NCBI RefSeq assembly: GCF_008065095.1
Contig: NZ_CP042911.1
Coordinates: 8,280,001-8,312,000 of the forward strand
DNA length: 32,000 nucleotides
Source: Gemmata obscuriglobus
Lineage (GTDB): Bacteria; Planctomycetota; Planctomycetia; Gemmatales; Gemmataceae
Reading direction: 5' to 3'
Shown: piece by piece, positions 15,417-22,961 of the stretch
Numbering within the stretch: the first letter of the stretch is position 1
Layout of the letters: every line of letters starts with the position of its first letter
Program-made: the position numbers and the translations under genes
Notes under the pieces: model-generated
Databases searched by the model: none
What the model was told of the DNA's origin: nothing
The model's input: only the letters and a program-made list of their open reading frames with translations

Positions 15417-16778
15417 TCAGGCGAACAGCTCGCGCAGCGGCTTCCCGCGGGCGATCGGCAGCGGGCGGTTGAGCTTGTCGCGGATCTCCGTTTCCGGGTC
15501 GATCCCGAGCGCCTCGAACATGGTCGCGGCCAGATCCTCGGGCCGCGCCTGCCCCGTGGTGGCGTAGGCGCCGATCTTGTCGGACGCGCCGTACACGAAC
15601 CCTTTCTTGGCGCCACCGCCGACCAGCACCGCGCTGTAGCACTGCGGCCAGTGGTCCCGACCGCCGTTCGAGCTGATCCGCGGCGTGCGCCCGAACTCCC
15701 CGACCCACACCACCAGCGTGCTGTCGAGCAGCCCCCGCTCGTCCAGATCGGTAATGAGCGCCGGGAGCGTCTGATCAGTCATCGGCAGGAGTTCGTCCAG
15801 CCGCGCGGGCACGTCCTCGCCGCGGAAGCCGTGGTAGTCCCAACCCTGGCCCTTCCCGCCGATCGCGCGCGAGAAGTAGACGTTCACGAACTTCGCCCCC
15901 GCTTCGACCACCCGGCGCGCGAGCAAACACCCTTGCCCGTAGGTGGTGCGCCCGTAGGCGTCGCGGGTCTTCTTGCTCTCCTTCGAGAGGTCGAACGCCT
16001 GCTTGAACCGCGGGCTGGTGAGCATCGCCACCGCCTTCTGGTAGCTCTCGTCCAGCCCCTGCGCCACCAGCGAGGTTTCCAGCAGGTCGCTCTGCTCGTC
16101 GATGAGCTTCAGGATGTCGGTGCGGTTCCCCAGGCGCTCCGCGCTGAGGCTGTCGGGCAGCGTGAGTTCCGGGAGCTTGAAGTCCGACCGGTTCGGGTCC
16201 TGGTTCACGAACAGTGGGCTGTGGGCCTTCCCCAAGAAGCTCGCGTGCTGGCCCGGGGTGATGCTGCCGTCCGCGATGACGTGCGGGTACGCCACGAACG
16301 TGGCCGCCCCCTTCGGTGCCGGCGCCAGTTTATCGACGATGCTTCCGTAGGCGGGGAACAGGTCGAGCGAGTCGCGCAGCCGCTGGTCGTCGGTGGCCGG
16401 CGCGACGCCGGTCAGGGAGTAGTAGCCCGCGGAGTTGTGGTTCTTCATCGCGTGCTGCATGCACCGCACGACGCAGAGCTTGTCGGCCATCGCTGCGAGC
16501 TTCGGAATCCGCTCGCCGAAAACGACGCCGGGGAGTTTGGTCTTGGTGGCCTTGTACCACCCGCGGACGTTGTCCGGCGCGTCGGGCTTGGGGTCGAACG
16601 TCTCGTGCTGCCCCGGCCCGCCCCACTGGTGCAGGAAGATGATGCTTTTGGCGGTGGCGCGGTGCTTCGCCCTCGCCGATTCGGCCGCGGCGAGCAGTTG
16701 CGGGAACGACATCCCGAGCAGCGACGCCCCGCCGACGCGGAGCACGGCCCGACGGGAAACGGCGTTGTGATTGAACAC
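15417..16778 (-). CDS. DUF1501 domain protein (sulfatase-like fold) with a Tat signal
   Basis: GTG start preceded by GAGGTGA. Twin-arginine motif SRRAVLRVGGASLLG. Family hallmarks FLHQWGGPGQHETFDPKP, ...VWVGEFGRTPRISSNGGRDHWPQCYS. Lies downstream of a DUF1549/DUF1553 gene, as is usual in Planctomycetota. Confidence 0.9.
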   Translation of the reverse strand: MFNHNAVSRRAVLRVGGASLLGMSFPQLLAAAESARAKHRATAKSIIFLHQWGGPGQHETFDPKPDAPDNVRGWYKATKTKLPGVVFGERIPKLAAMADKLCVVRCMQHAMKNHNSAGYYSLTGVAPATDDQRLRDSLDLFPAYGSIVDKLAPAPKGAATFVAYPHVIADGSITPGQHASFLGKAHSPLFVNQDPNRSDFKLPELTLPDSLSAERLGNRTDILKLIDEQSDLLETSLVAQGLDESYQKAVAMLTSPRFKQAFDLSKESKKTRDAYGRTTYGQGCLLARRVVEAGAKFVNVYFSRAIGGKGQGWDYHGFRGEDVPARLDELLPMTDQTLPALITDLDERGLLDSTLVVWVGEFGRTPRISSNGGRDHWPQCYSAVLVGGGAKKGFVYGASDKIGAYATTGQARPEDLAATMFEALGIDPETEIRDKLNRPLPIARGKPLRELFA

Positions 16779-16800
16779 GGTTCACCTCAATGCCTGCTTG

Positions 16801-16934
16801 GGCACAGGGCTCCCGCCCTGTGCTACGCCCGCCCGCCCTTCGGGGCGGAGAGGCAAGCGACCTGAGCCGTATACCTGTTGTCTTTGCACCCCGGAGGGGG
16901 CGCCGCACGTAGCACAGGGCGGGAGCCCTGTGGC
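16801..16934. repeat. MITE/REP-like element: two 27-nt inverted units flanking an 80-nt core
   Basis: GGCACAGGGCTCCCGCCCTGTGCTACG (16801-16827) matches the reverse complement of 16908-16934 at 26/27. Each unit is itself a hairpin (CACAGGGC..GCCCTGTG). The core holds a further hairpin CCGCCC-TTCG-GGGCGG. Confidence 0.8.
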
Positions 16935-16946
16935 ACCTACTCACCG

Positions 16947-19154
16947 TCACCGCCGCAGCAGGAACTCCTTGCTGTTGAGCAGCGCCCACAGCACATCTTC
17001 CCACGCGGCGCGGCGGTCCGTCGCGCCGGCGAGGTACGCCAGCAGCTTCTTCTCTTCCACAGGCGTCGGCTTGCGGCACAGCGCCGCGAGGTAGAACTCG
17101 TCCAGCATCTCCGCATCGGTCCGGCCCGCGGAGAGCCCCTTCCCGAGCCGCCCGTCGTGGTGCTTCACGAGCGCGTTAATCAGCTCGCCGGTGATGAGCT
17201 GGAACGCTTGCAGCAGCCCCGGGTCGTCGTTGCGCTCGCACTCGCAGGTGAGGAGCCGCTCCGGTTTGCCGAACGTCTTCAGGAACTTCTCGCCCATCCC
17301 GTCAAACCCGCGGCGGCCGCTCTGCGGCGGGGCCGGGATCTGGTTCGCGCGCAAGCCGACCGGATACCCCGCGAACCGCACCGGGACGCCGGTCACGCTC
17401 GACAGCGCGTCGAGCAGTTGCTCCGCCTCCAGCGGCTGAACGGTCGCGTGCGAGTGGTGCAACTCGTCGCCCATCGTCGTGCGATCCCGGGCCGTCGCGG
17501 CGAGCTGGTACGTGCGGCTCGTCATCACGGTTCGCACCGCGTGCTTCAGGCTGAACTTGTGTTTCGCGAAGTCCGCCGCCAGCCACTCCAGCAGTTCCGG
17601 GTTGCTCGGCGGGTTGGTCGCGCGGAAGTCGTCGTTCGGATCGACCAGCCCCCGCCCCATCAGGTGCAGCCAGACGCGGTTGACCTGCGCCCGGGCGAAG
17701 AACGGGTTGTCGGGCGCGGCCACCCAGTCCGCAACCGCCCCCAGCCGGTCGCCGCCGACGTCGGGCGTTCGAGCGCCGAGGAACCGGGGCGGCGCGGGCC
17801 GCCTGGTGCGCGGGTGCGTCATTTCTGCGGTGCGGTTCTGCCACACCACCTGCTCGCCCACGAACTCGTGACTGTCGAGCGCGTCCCGCTTGCTGTTCTC
17901 CAGCACCCGGTAGTCCACGCGGGCGAACAGCGCCCCGAAGCTGTAGTAGTCGTCGGTCGTCCAGCGGTCGAACGGATGGTTGTGGCACCGCGCGCAGCCG
18001 ATCCGCACGCCGAGGAACACCTGCGCCACCGACTCCGACCGGGCGAGCGGGTCGCGGACCGCGCGCCAGAAGTTCGCCGGCGGGTTCTCGTAGGTGCTCC
18101 CCTTCGCGGCCAGCACGTCGCGGGCGAACTCGTTGAGCGGCCGGTCGGCGGCGAGCTGCGCGGCGATCCACCGGAAGAACACCGCGACGCCCTTCTTGTC
18201 GAGCGCCTTCTCCTCGTTCCGGAGCAGGTCCGACCACTTCTGCGCCCAGAACTCCGCGAACTCGGGCCGCGCGAGGAGGGCGTCGATCAGCCGCTCGCGC
18301 TTCTTGGGGTCCGCGTCGGCCAGGAACGCGCGCGTCTCGGCGGGGGCGGGGAGCACCCCGAGCGCGTCCAGATACGCGCGCCGCAAGAAAACATAGTCGG
18401 GCGCCAGTTCCGCAGGCTTGATCCGCAGCTCTTGAAGCCGAGAGATAACGAACGTGTCGATTTTATTGGTCGAACGGAAGTTGCTCATTTCGGGAACCGG
18501 CCGGTGCGGGAGAAAAACGACACGCACCGGTTCGACAATAGAGTGGTACCGCACGAGCAGCACCACCTCACCGGGCTGCTCGCGAACGACCTCGCCGTCG
18601 CCGCCGACCTTCGCGACGCCGACCTGGGTGAACTCGAACGCGGCGAGCGACGTGACGTCGCGCGTCGTACCGTCCGAGAAATGGGCCACCGCTTTAACGT
18701 GGAACCGGTCCGCCGGCTCCACGAGAACCTTGCTCCCGGGCGTGACGACGAGTTTCGTCAGCGTCGGCGCGCCGGGGGCGTCCACCTTACAACCGTTCGC
18801 GATCCACTCGCGGACGATCACATATTCGGAACTGGTTTTAGTGAATCGCGCGCCACCCTCGTGCGGCACCTGTGCGGTTGCCTTTTGAAGCAACAGGCTC
18901 TCGTCCGGGCGGATCGGGTCCGTCCGGCGGGCCAACATGTCCCGCGTCAGAACGGCGTGGTCGCCGGCCGGGTCTTCGCCCTTCAGCGACAGTTTCAGCC
19001 CGCCCTTGCCGTTCAGGTTGCCGTGGCACGCGCCCATGTTGCACCCGGCGCGGGTGAGCACCGGGAGCACCTCGCGCTCGAACGACACGTCCGCGGCCCG
19101 TGCGGGCGCGCCGGCGGACACGAGTAGCAGCGCGAAGAGGATCTTGAACCGCAT
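16947..19154 (-). CDS. DUF1549/DUF1553 protein with an N-terminal Cys-rich (GCNxGxCHG) module and an Ig-like region
   Basis: The realistic start is MRFKILFALLLVSAGAPARA (signal peptide) at 19154. The ORF-track extension to 19577 reads through a repeat cluster. Motifs seen: LTRAGCNMGACHGN, DYVFLRRAYLDALGVLP, RIGCARCHNHPFDRWT and the C-terminal ..ALLNSKEFLLRR. Confidence 0.9.
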   Translation of the reverse strand: MRFKILFALLLVSAGAPARAADVSFEREVLPVLTRAGCNMGACHGNLNGKGGLKLSLKGEDPAGDHAVLTRDMLARRTDPIRPDESLLLQKATAQVPHEGGARFTKTSSEYVIVREWIANGCKVDAPGAPTLTKLVVTPGSKVLVEPADRFHVKAVAHFSDGTTRDVTSLAAFEFTQVGVAKVGGDGEVVREQPGEVVLLVRYHSIVEPVRVVFLPHRPVPEMSNFRSTNKIDTFVISRLQELRIKPAELAPDYVFLRRAYLDALGVLPAPAETRAFLADADPKKRERLIDALLARPEFAEFWAQKWSDLLRNEEKALDKKGVAVFFRWIAAQLAADRPLNEFARDVLAAKGSTYENPPANFWRAVRDPLARSESVAQVFLGVRIGCARCHNHPFDRWTTDDYYSFGALFARVDYRVLENSKRDALDSHEFVGEQVVWQNRTAEMTHPRTRRPAPPRFLGARTPDVGGDRLGAVADWVAAPDNPFFARAQVNRVWLHLMGRGLVDPNDDFRATNPPSNPELLEWLAADFAKHKFSLKHAVRTVMTSRTYQLAATARDRTTMGDELHHSHATVQPLEAEQLLDALSSVTGVPVRFAGYPVGLRANQIPAPPQSGRRGFDGMGEKFLKTFGKPERLLTCECERNDDPGLLQAFQLITGELINALVKHHDGRLGKGLSAGRTDAEMLDEFYLAALCRKPTPVEEKKLLAYLAGATDRRAAWEDVLWALLNSKEFLLRR

Positions 19155-19299
19155 CGGTGGCAGCTCCGATTCGCGGGCGGGGCGTGTTTCGGCCGAGTGT
19201 ACCAGCGCGGCGCGCGTAACTCGACACCCTAGCGTCAGAAATTGGCCTGACAATCGTCGGCGCGAAAGGGCCATGCCACGCGTGAGCCTGCCGGGCCGC

Positions 19300-19588
19300 G
19301 AAGGCAGAAGAGGATTGGCCGCAAAACGCACGAAAGACGAAGGCAGAAGAGGATTGGCCACAAAAAAGCACAAAGGGCACAAAAGGGAACCAAAACAGAT
19401 AGAGAAGAGTTTTGAACTCGCTCTTTCGTCTTCGGTTTCCTTTTGTGCCCTTTGTGCTTTTTTGCGGCCAACCTCTCTTTGTTCTCTATCTGTTTTGGTT
19501 CCCTTTTGTGCCCTTTGTGCTTTTTTGTGGCCAATCCTCTTCTGCTTCGATCTCCCTTTGTGCTTTTTTGTGGCCAATCCTCTTCATG
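19300..19588. repeat. Cluster of at least five full or partial copies, in both orientations, of a ~35-60-nt repeat (GAAGAGGATTGGCCACAAAAAAGCACAAAGGGCACAAAAGGGAACC...)
   Basis: A 60-nt perfect inverted repeat lies at 19344-19403 versus 19485-19544. Partial copies lie at 19300-19338 (forward), 19441-19484 (reverse) and 19550-19588 (reverse, abutting the yaiI stop codon). Confidence 0.85.
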
Positions 19589-20039
19589 TCTTCGCAGCGC
19601 GACGAGCGGCGTTGACCGCCTCGTCCAGGCGCGCCAGAAATCGTGAGCGGTCCTTCGGGGTCATTGCTGCCGGCCCGCCGCTCGCCTGACCCGTCGTGCG
19701 GAGTTCGTCCATCAGGTCGCGCATCGCGACCGCCTCGCCGATGGTGTCCGCGGTGAACAGCCGCCCCTTCGGGTCGAGCGCGACCGCCCCGTTGGCGACG
19801 CACCGCGCTGCGAGCGGGATGTCCGATGTGATGCAGATGTCGGCGGCACCGATCACGCCCGCGATCCAGTCGTCGGCCGCGCCGAAGCCCGTGCGCACGA
19901 CCAGCTCAAAGATGGCGTCGGTCGGGACGCGCATGGTGCTGTTCGCGACGATCACGGTTTTCATGCCGTACCGCCGGGCCACCTTGTACACCTCGTCCTT
20001 GACCGGGCAGGCGTCCGCGTCGATGTAGATCGTCAGCAT
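19584..20039 (-). CDS. yaiI: YaiI/YqxD family protein (UPF0178/DUF188)
   Basis: MLTIYIDADACPVKDEVYKVARRYGMKTVIVAN...ADICITSDIPLAARCV..GAVALDPKGRLFT is closely colinear with E. coli YaiI as I recall it. The start was taken at the ATG at 20039 rather than the ORF-track 20147. Confidence 0.8.
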   Translation of the reverse strand: MLTIYIDADACPVKDEVYKVARRYGMKTVIVANSTMRVPTDAIFELVVRTGFGAADDWIAGVIGAADICITSDIPLAARCVANGAVALDPKGRLFTADTIGEAVAMRDLMDELRTTGQASGGPAAMTPKDRSRFLARLDEAVNAARRAAKT

Positions 20040-20135
20040 GTGTACCTCGGTTCCGGTTGACCCGAGCGGCGCTCCTTCGGCGCGGCAGTTGCACCCTTTA
20101 CCGGTTGCCCAACCCAACCGTCGGGAGAGGGAACC

Positions 20136-20657
20136 ATGTGGGGGCATAATAGCAGTTCGTGCCGCGCGGATGTGGTCGCGGCGTTCGACAACCAGGGCGA
20201 CGCGGACGAGGCCCTGCTACGGTTACGGCTGGCGGGGTTCCGCGACAGGCAAATCGGGTACACCGGCCGGCTACACAACGGCCACACGGTCGACATGCTG
20301 GAGCGGGGACACACCTTCGCTGGTGCGGTTCTGGGCAGCGTTATCGGAGCGGCAGTGGGTATCGCACTGACGCCGCTGTTGAACCGGGTCTTATCGCCCC
20401 TGAACGGACCGCACGACCTGTTCGGCCTGGGCGTCACGGCGGGCGTTTGCGGCGCCATGCTCGTCGGCTTCTTCGGCGGTTGGATCGGCATGGGAATGCA
20501 CCGGCGCAGCACCGAGGTGCCCGCGACCGACCGCGAGGACGGGCCGTTCGTGATGGCCGTGTCGGCCGGCGACGCCCGCCCGCGGGCGTGGGAGATCCTG
20601 CACCAGCACGGGCACGACCTGCACTCGTCGCAGACTTCTGCTCCCGGCGCGACCTGA
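20136..20657 (+). CDS. Hypothetical membrane protein with Gly-zipper-like helices
   Basis: 173 aa with two hydrophobic Gly-rich segments (GAVLGSVIGAAVGIAL, GVCGAMLVGFFGGWIGMG) between small soluble domains. Start uncertain. Confidence 0.55.
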   Translation: MWGHNSSSCRADVVAAFDNQGDADEALLRLRLAGFRDRQIGYTGRLHNGHTVDMLERGHTFAGAVLGSVIGAAVGIALTPLLNRVLSPLNGPHDLFGLGVTAGVCGAMLVGFFGGWIGMGMHRRSTEVPATDREDGPFVMAVSAGDARPRAWEILHQHGHDLHSSQTSAPGAT

Positions 20658-20705
20658 CATTTCCAAACGTTGAAGAGGGCTCACGAAGCACCGCTTCGTG
20701 AGCCG

Positions 20706-21356
20706 TCATCCCTTTTCCAGCACCCAATCCACGACCCAGCACCCGCGGACGTGAGCGCCCTTTGGGTCGCGGCAGTGGTTCAAGATGTCGTCGTTGTCGC
20801 ACCCGGCGTCCTGAAGCGCGTCGGCGAGGATCGGCATCGCGCCGAAGTCGCGCGACTCGTACATCTCGCGTGCCAGGGCGCGAACGGTGTCCGTGCGCCA
20901 CTCCGGGGCGAAGGCGATCGGCCGAAACGGGTTCCCGAAGATGTCGCGGAGCAACTCGGCGAAGCCCCGGTGTTCCTCCATCAACCGCTCGCCGTTGTAC
21001 TCGTTCCGTCCCGGCCAGCCGAGGAAGCTCTCCCGGCCGGCCGCAGAAGACGCCGCATCCACAGCGGCGAACCATGCGTCCGGAAGGGTCGCGAGGACGA
21101 CCGCCTCATCCTCGGCGCTTCTCGCGGCCGTGTGCGCACGTTCGCTCGCCAGTTCGAGTTCTGCGGCTCCGACCTCGTCATCGGCGAACCGCTCGGCGAT
21201 CTCCAAAGCTGTGCGGCTGCCGGGTGACAGAAACGGCCAGACGCGGCGGCAGCAGGCACAGGCGAATAGCCGCAACTTCCGGCTGCTGAAGCGATCCCGG
21301 AAGTGCTCTAGCATCGGCTGACGGTTGTCGCACGCCAGCCATTCCGCTTCGGTCAT
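20706..21356 (-). CDS. Conserved planctomycete hypothetical protein ('MTEAEWL...HVRGCWVVD' family), paralog of 4543-5181
   Basis: 216 aa. MTEAEWLACDNRQPMLEHFRDRFSSRKLRLFACACCRRVW...LLRDIFGNPFRPIAFAPEWRTDTVRALAREMYESRDFGAMPILADALQDAGCDNDDILNHCRDPKGAHVRGCWVVDWVLEKG. Confidence 0.8.
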   Translation of the reverse strand: MTEAEWLACDNRQPMLEHFRDRFSSRKLRLFACACCRRVWPFLSPGSRTALEIAERFADDEVGAAELELASERAHTAARSAEDEAVVLATLPDAWFAAVDAASSAAGRESFLGWPGRNEYNGERLMEEHRGFAELLRDIFGNPFRPIAFAPEWRTDTVRALAREMYESRDFGAMPILADALQDAGCDNDDILNHCRDPKGAHVRGCWVVDWVLEKG

Positions 21357-21532
21357 GGTGCCTGCTCTCTGGCCCGCGTCGGTTACAAGAGCCGCGATAG
21401 CGGAGCCGGTTGTCTGTTGAGCGACACGACCAACACCGCAAAAGCCGGAGGCTCGCGCCCCAGTAACGATCAGGATAGCTCACGCACCGGGTATCGGTAT
21501 ACCATCCGCACCGCTCCGGGAGGTGCAACACC

Positions 21533-22738
21533 ATGTTCGAAGTCGCCGACGCACTCGCTACCGTTCTGAGCCACTCCCGGCCGCTGGAAGCCGAAGTCGC
21601 GGCGCTCTCCGTCGCGGCGCTGGGGCAGGTGCTCGCGGCCGACATCACCGCGGACGCGGACTCGCCGCCGTTCGCGAAGTCGCTTCGCGACGGGTACGCG
21701 GTCCGCAGCGCCGACTGCGCGTCGGCCGGCGCCGAGTTAACGGTGGTTGAGGAGGTGCCCGCCGGAAAGGTGCCCCTCAAGTCAGTCGGAACCGGCGAGG
21801 CGGCCCGCATCTTCACCGGGGCGCCGATCCCGGACGGCGCCGACGCGGTTGTGATGCAGGAGCACACCGAGAAACTCGGCGGCGGGCGTGTGCGGATCGT
21901 CGATGCCGGTGTGAAGTCGCGCCAGTGGGTGTACGCTCAGGGCGCGGAGATGAGGGCCGGGGCGGTCGTGCTGGCGAAGGGGACGCCGATCACCCCCGCC
22001 GCGTGCGGTGTGCTCGCGAGCGTCGGGCAGACGGCGGTACCGGCGTTCCCGTTCCCGCGCGTCGGGGTCATCGTCACCGGCGACGAGATCGTCGAAGCGG
22101 GCACGAAACCGCGGCCCGGACAAATCCGTAACTCGAACGGCCCGATGCTCACCGCCCTGACCGCCCGCGGGGGCGGACGGCCCCGCTACCTGGGAATCGC
22201 CCGCGACGACCGCGCCGTCACGGAGTCGCTAATTCGCGAAGGGCTCGACGTTTCCGACGTGGTGGTGATCGCGGGCGGGATGTCGGTGGGGGACCACGAC
22301 TTCGTGCCCGAGGTGCTGAAGGAACTCGGCGTAGTCATCCGGTTCCGCCAGATCCGAATGAAGCCGGGCAAGCCGATCCTGTTCGGCACCACGGAAAAAG
22401 GCACGCTGGTGTTCGGGCTGCCGGGCAACCCGGTGAGCGCGTTCGTGGGGTTCGAGCTGTTCGTGCGGCCGGCCCTCCGAATCCTGGGTGGACACGCGGA
22501 GGCCGGTCCGCGCACAATCAGGCTGCCGCTGGCGGACGGTCTGGCCGAGAGCACCGACCGGCCCACCTACCGCCCGGCGAAACTGGAGCCGCACGCGACC
22601 GGGTGGGGCGTGCGCCCGCTCACAACGACCGGCTCACCCGACCTCGTGAGCACGCAACGCGCGGACGCGCTCCTGGTGCTGCCGGCCGGCAACACGCGCG
22701 CCGATGCCGGCACGCTCGCGGACGTGGTGCTGCTGTAA
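21533..22738 (+). CDS. moeA: Molybdopterin molybdenumtransferase MoeA
   Basis: 401 aa with MoeA hallmarks: SPPFAKSLRDGYAVRS, TGAPIPDGADAVVMQEHT, GQIRNSNGPML, VVIAGGMSVGDHDFV, RMKPGKPILFG and GLPGNPVSAFVGFELFVRPAL. Confidence 0.9.
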   Translation: MFEVADALATVLSHSRPLEAEVAALSVAALGQVLAADITADADSPPFAKSLRDGYAVRSADCASAGAELTVVEEVPAGKVPLKSVGTGEAARIFTGAPIPDGADAVVMQEHTEKLGGGRVRIVDAGVKSRQWVYAQGAEMRAGAVVLAKGTPITPAACGVLASVGQTAVPAFPFPRVGVIVTGDEIVEAGTKPRPGQIRNSNGPMLTALTARGGGRPRYLGIARDDRAVTESLIREGLDVSDVVVIAGGMSVGDHDFVPEVLKELGVVIRFRQIRMKPGKPILFGTTEKGTLVFGLPGNPVSAFVGFELFVRPALRILGGHAEAGPRTIRLPLADGLAESTDRPTYRPAKLEPHATGWGVRPLTTTGSPDLVSTQRADALLVLPAGNTRADAGTLADVVLL

Positions 22739-22779
22739 AACGGGCGCGAGGACCACAACGAACGGATGGGTGCAGGCCG

Positions 22780-22860
22780 TTTTTGACCGGACCGACAGGG
22801 TAAACGGGATTTGAAATTGATCTGCCTTCATCCCGTTTACCCTGTCGATCCGGTCAAAAA
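22780..22860. repeat. 31-nt inverted repeat (one mismatch) with a 19-nt loop, between moeA and lnt
   Basis: TTTTTGACCGGACCGACAGGGTAAACGGGAT (22780-22810) pairs with ATCCCGTTTACCCTGTCGATCCGGTCAAAAA (22830-22860). Confidence 0.8.
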
Positions 22861-22961
22861 TCTGCTTTCATACACGAGACCCGTATGGCCGACATGAAGC
22901 CACGACCATGCGCCCATCCGACCACCGTTTCTAAGCCTTTGTCACTCCGGAAGGACTCCGC

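Noticed and set aside
15651-19127. Plus-strand ORFs 15651-16865 (404 aa) and 16878-19127 (749 aa)
   Set aside because: They are antisense to the DUF1501 and DUF1549/DUF1553 genes, both of which have strong family signatures. The plus-strand translations are Arg/Pro/Val-rich shadows.
19300-19588. Possible CRISPR array
   Set aside because: The repeat units occur in both orientations, are nested or adjacent rather than separated by unique spacers of regular length, and no cas genes are nearby.
19155-19646. ORFs encoding KKHKGHK / FVPFVLFCG-type peptides (19235-19534, 19412-19615, 19443-19646) and the N-terminal extension of 16947-19577
   Set aside because: They are produced by translating the nested nucleotide repeat cluster in both orientations. 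The DUF1553 protein has a proper signal peptide starting at 19154.
21357-21532. Possible molybdenum-cofactor (Moco) riboswitch upstream of moeA
   Set aside because: The position would fit and the leader is GC-rich with some pairing potential. However, I could not recognise the conserved Moco-motif elements by eye. It needs a covariance-model scan (Rfam Moco RNA motif) before any claim.
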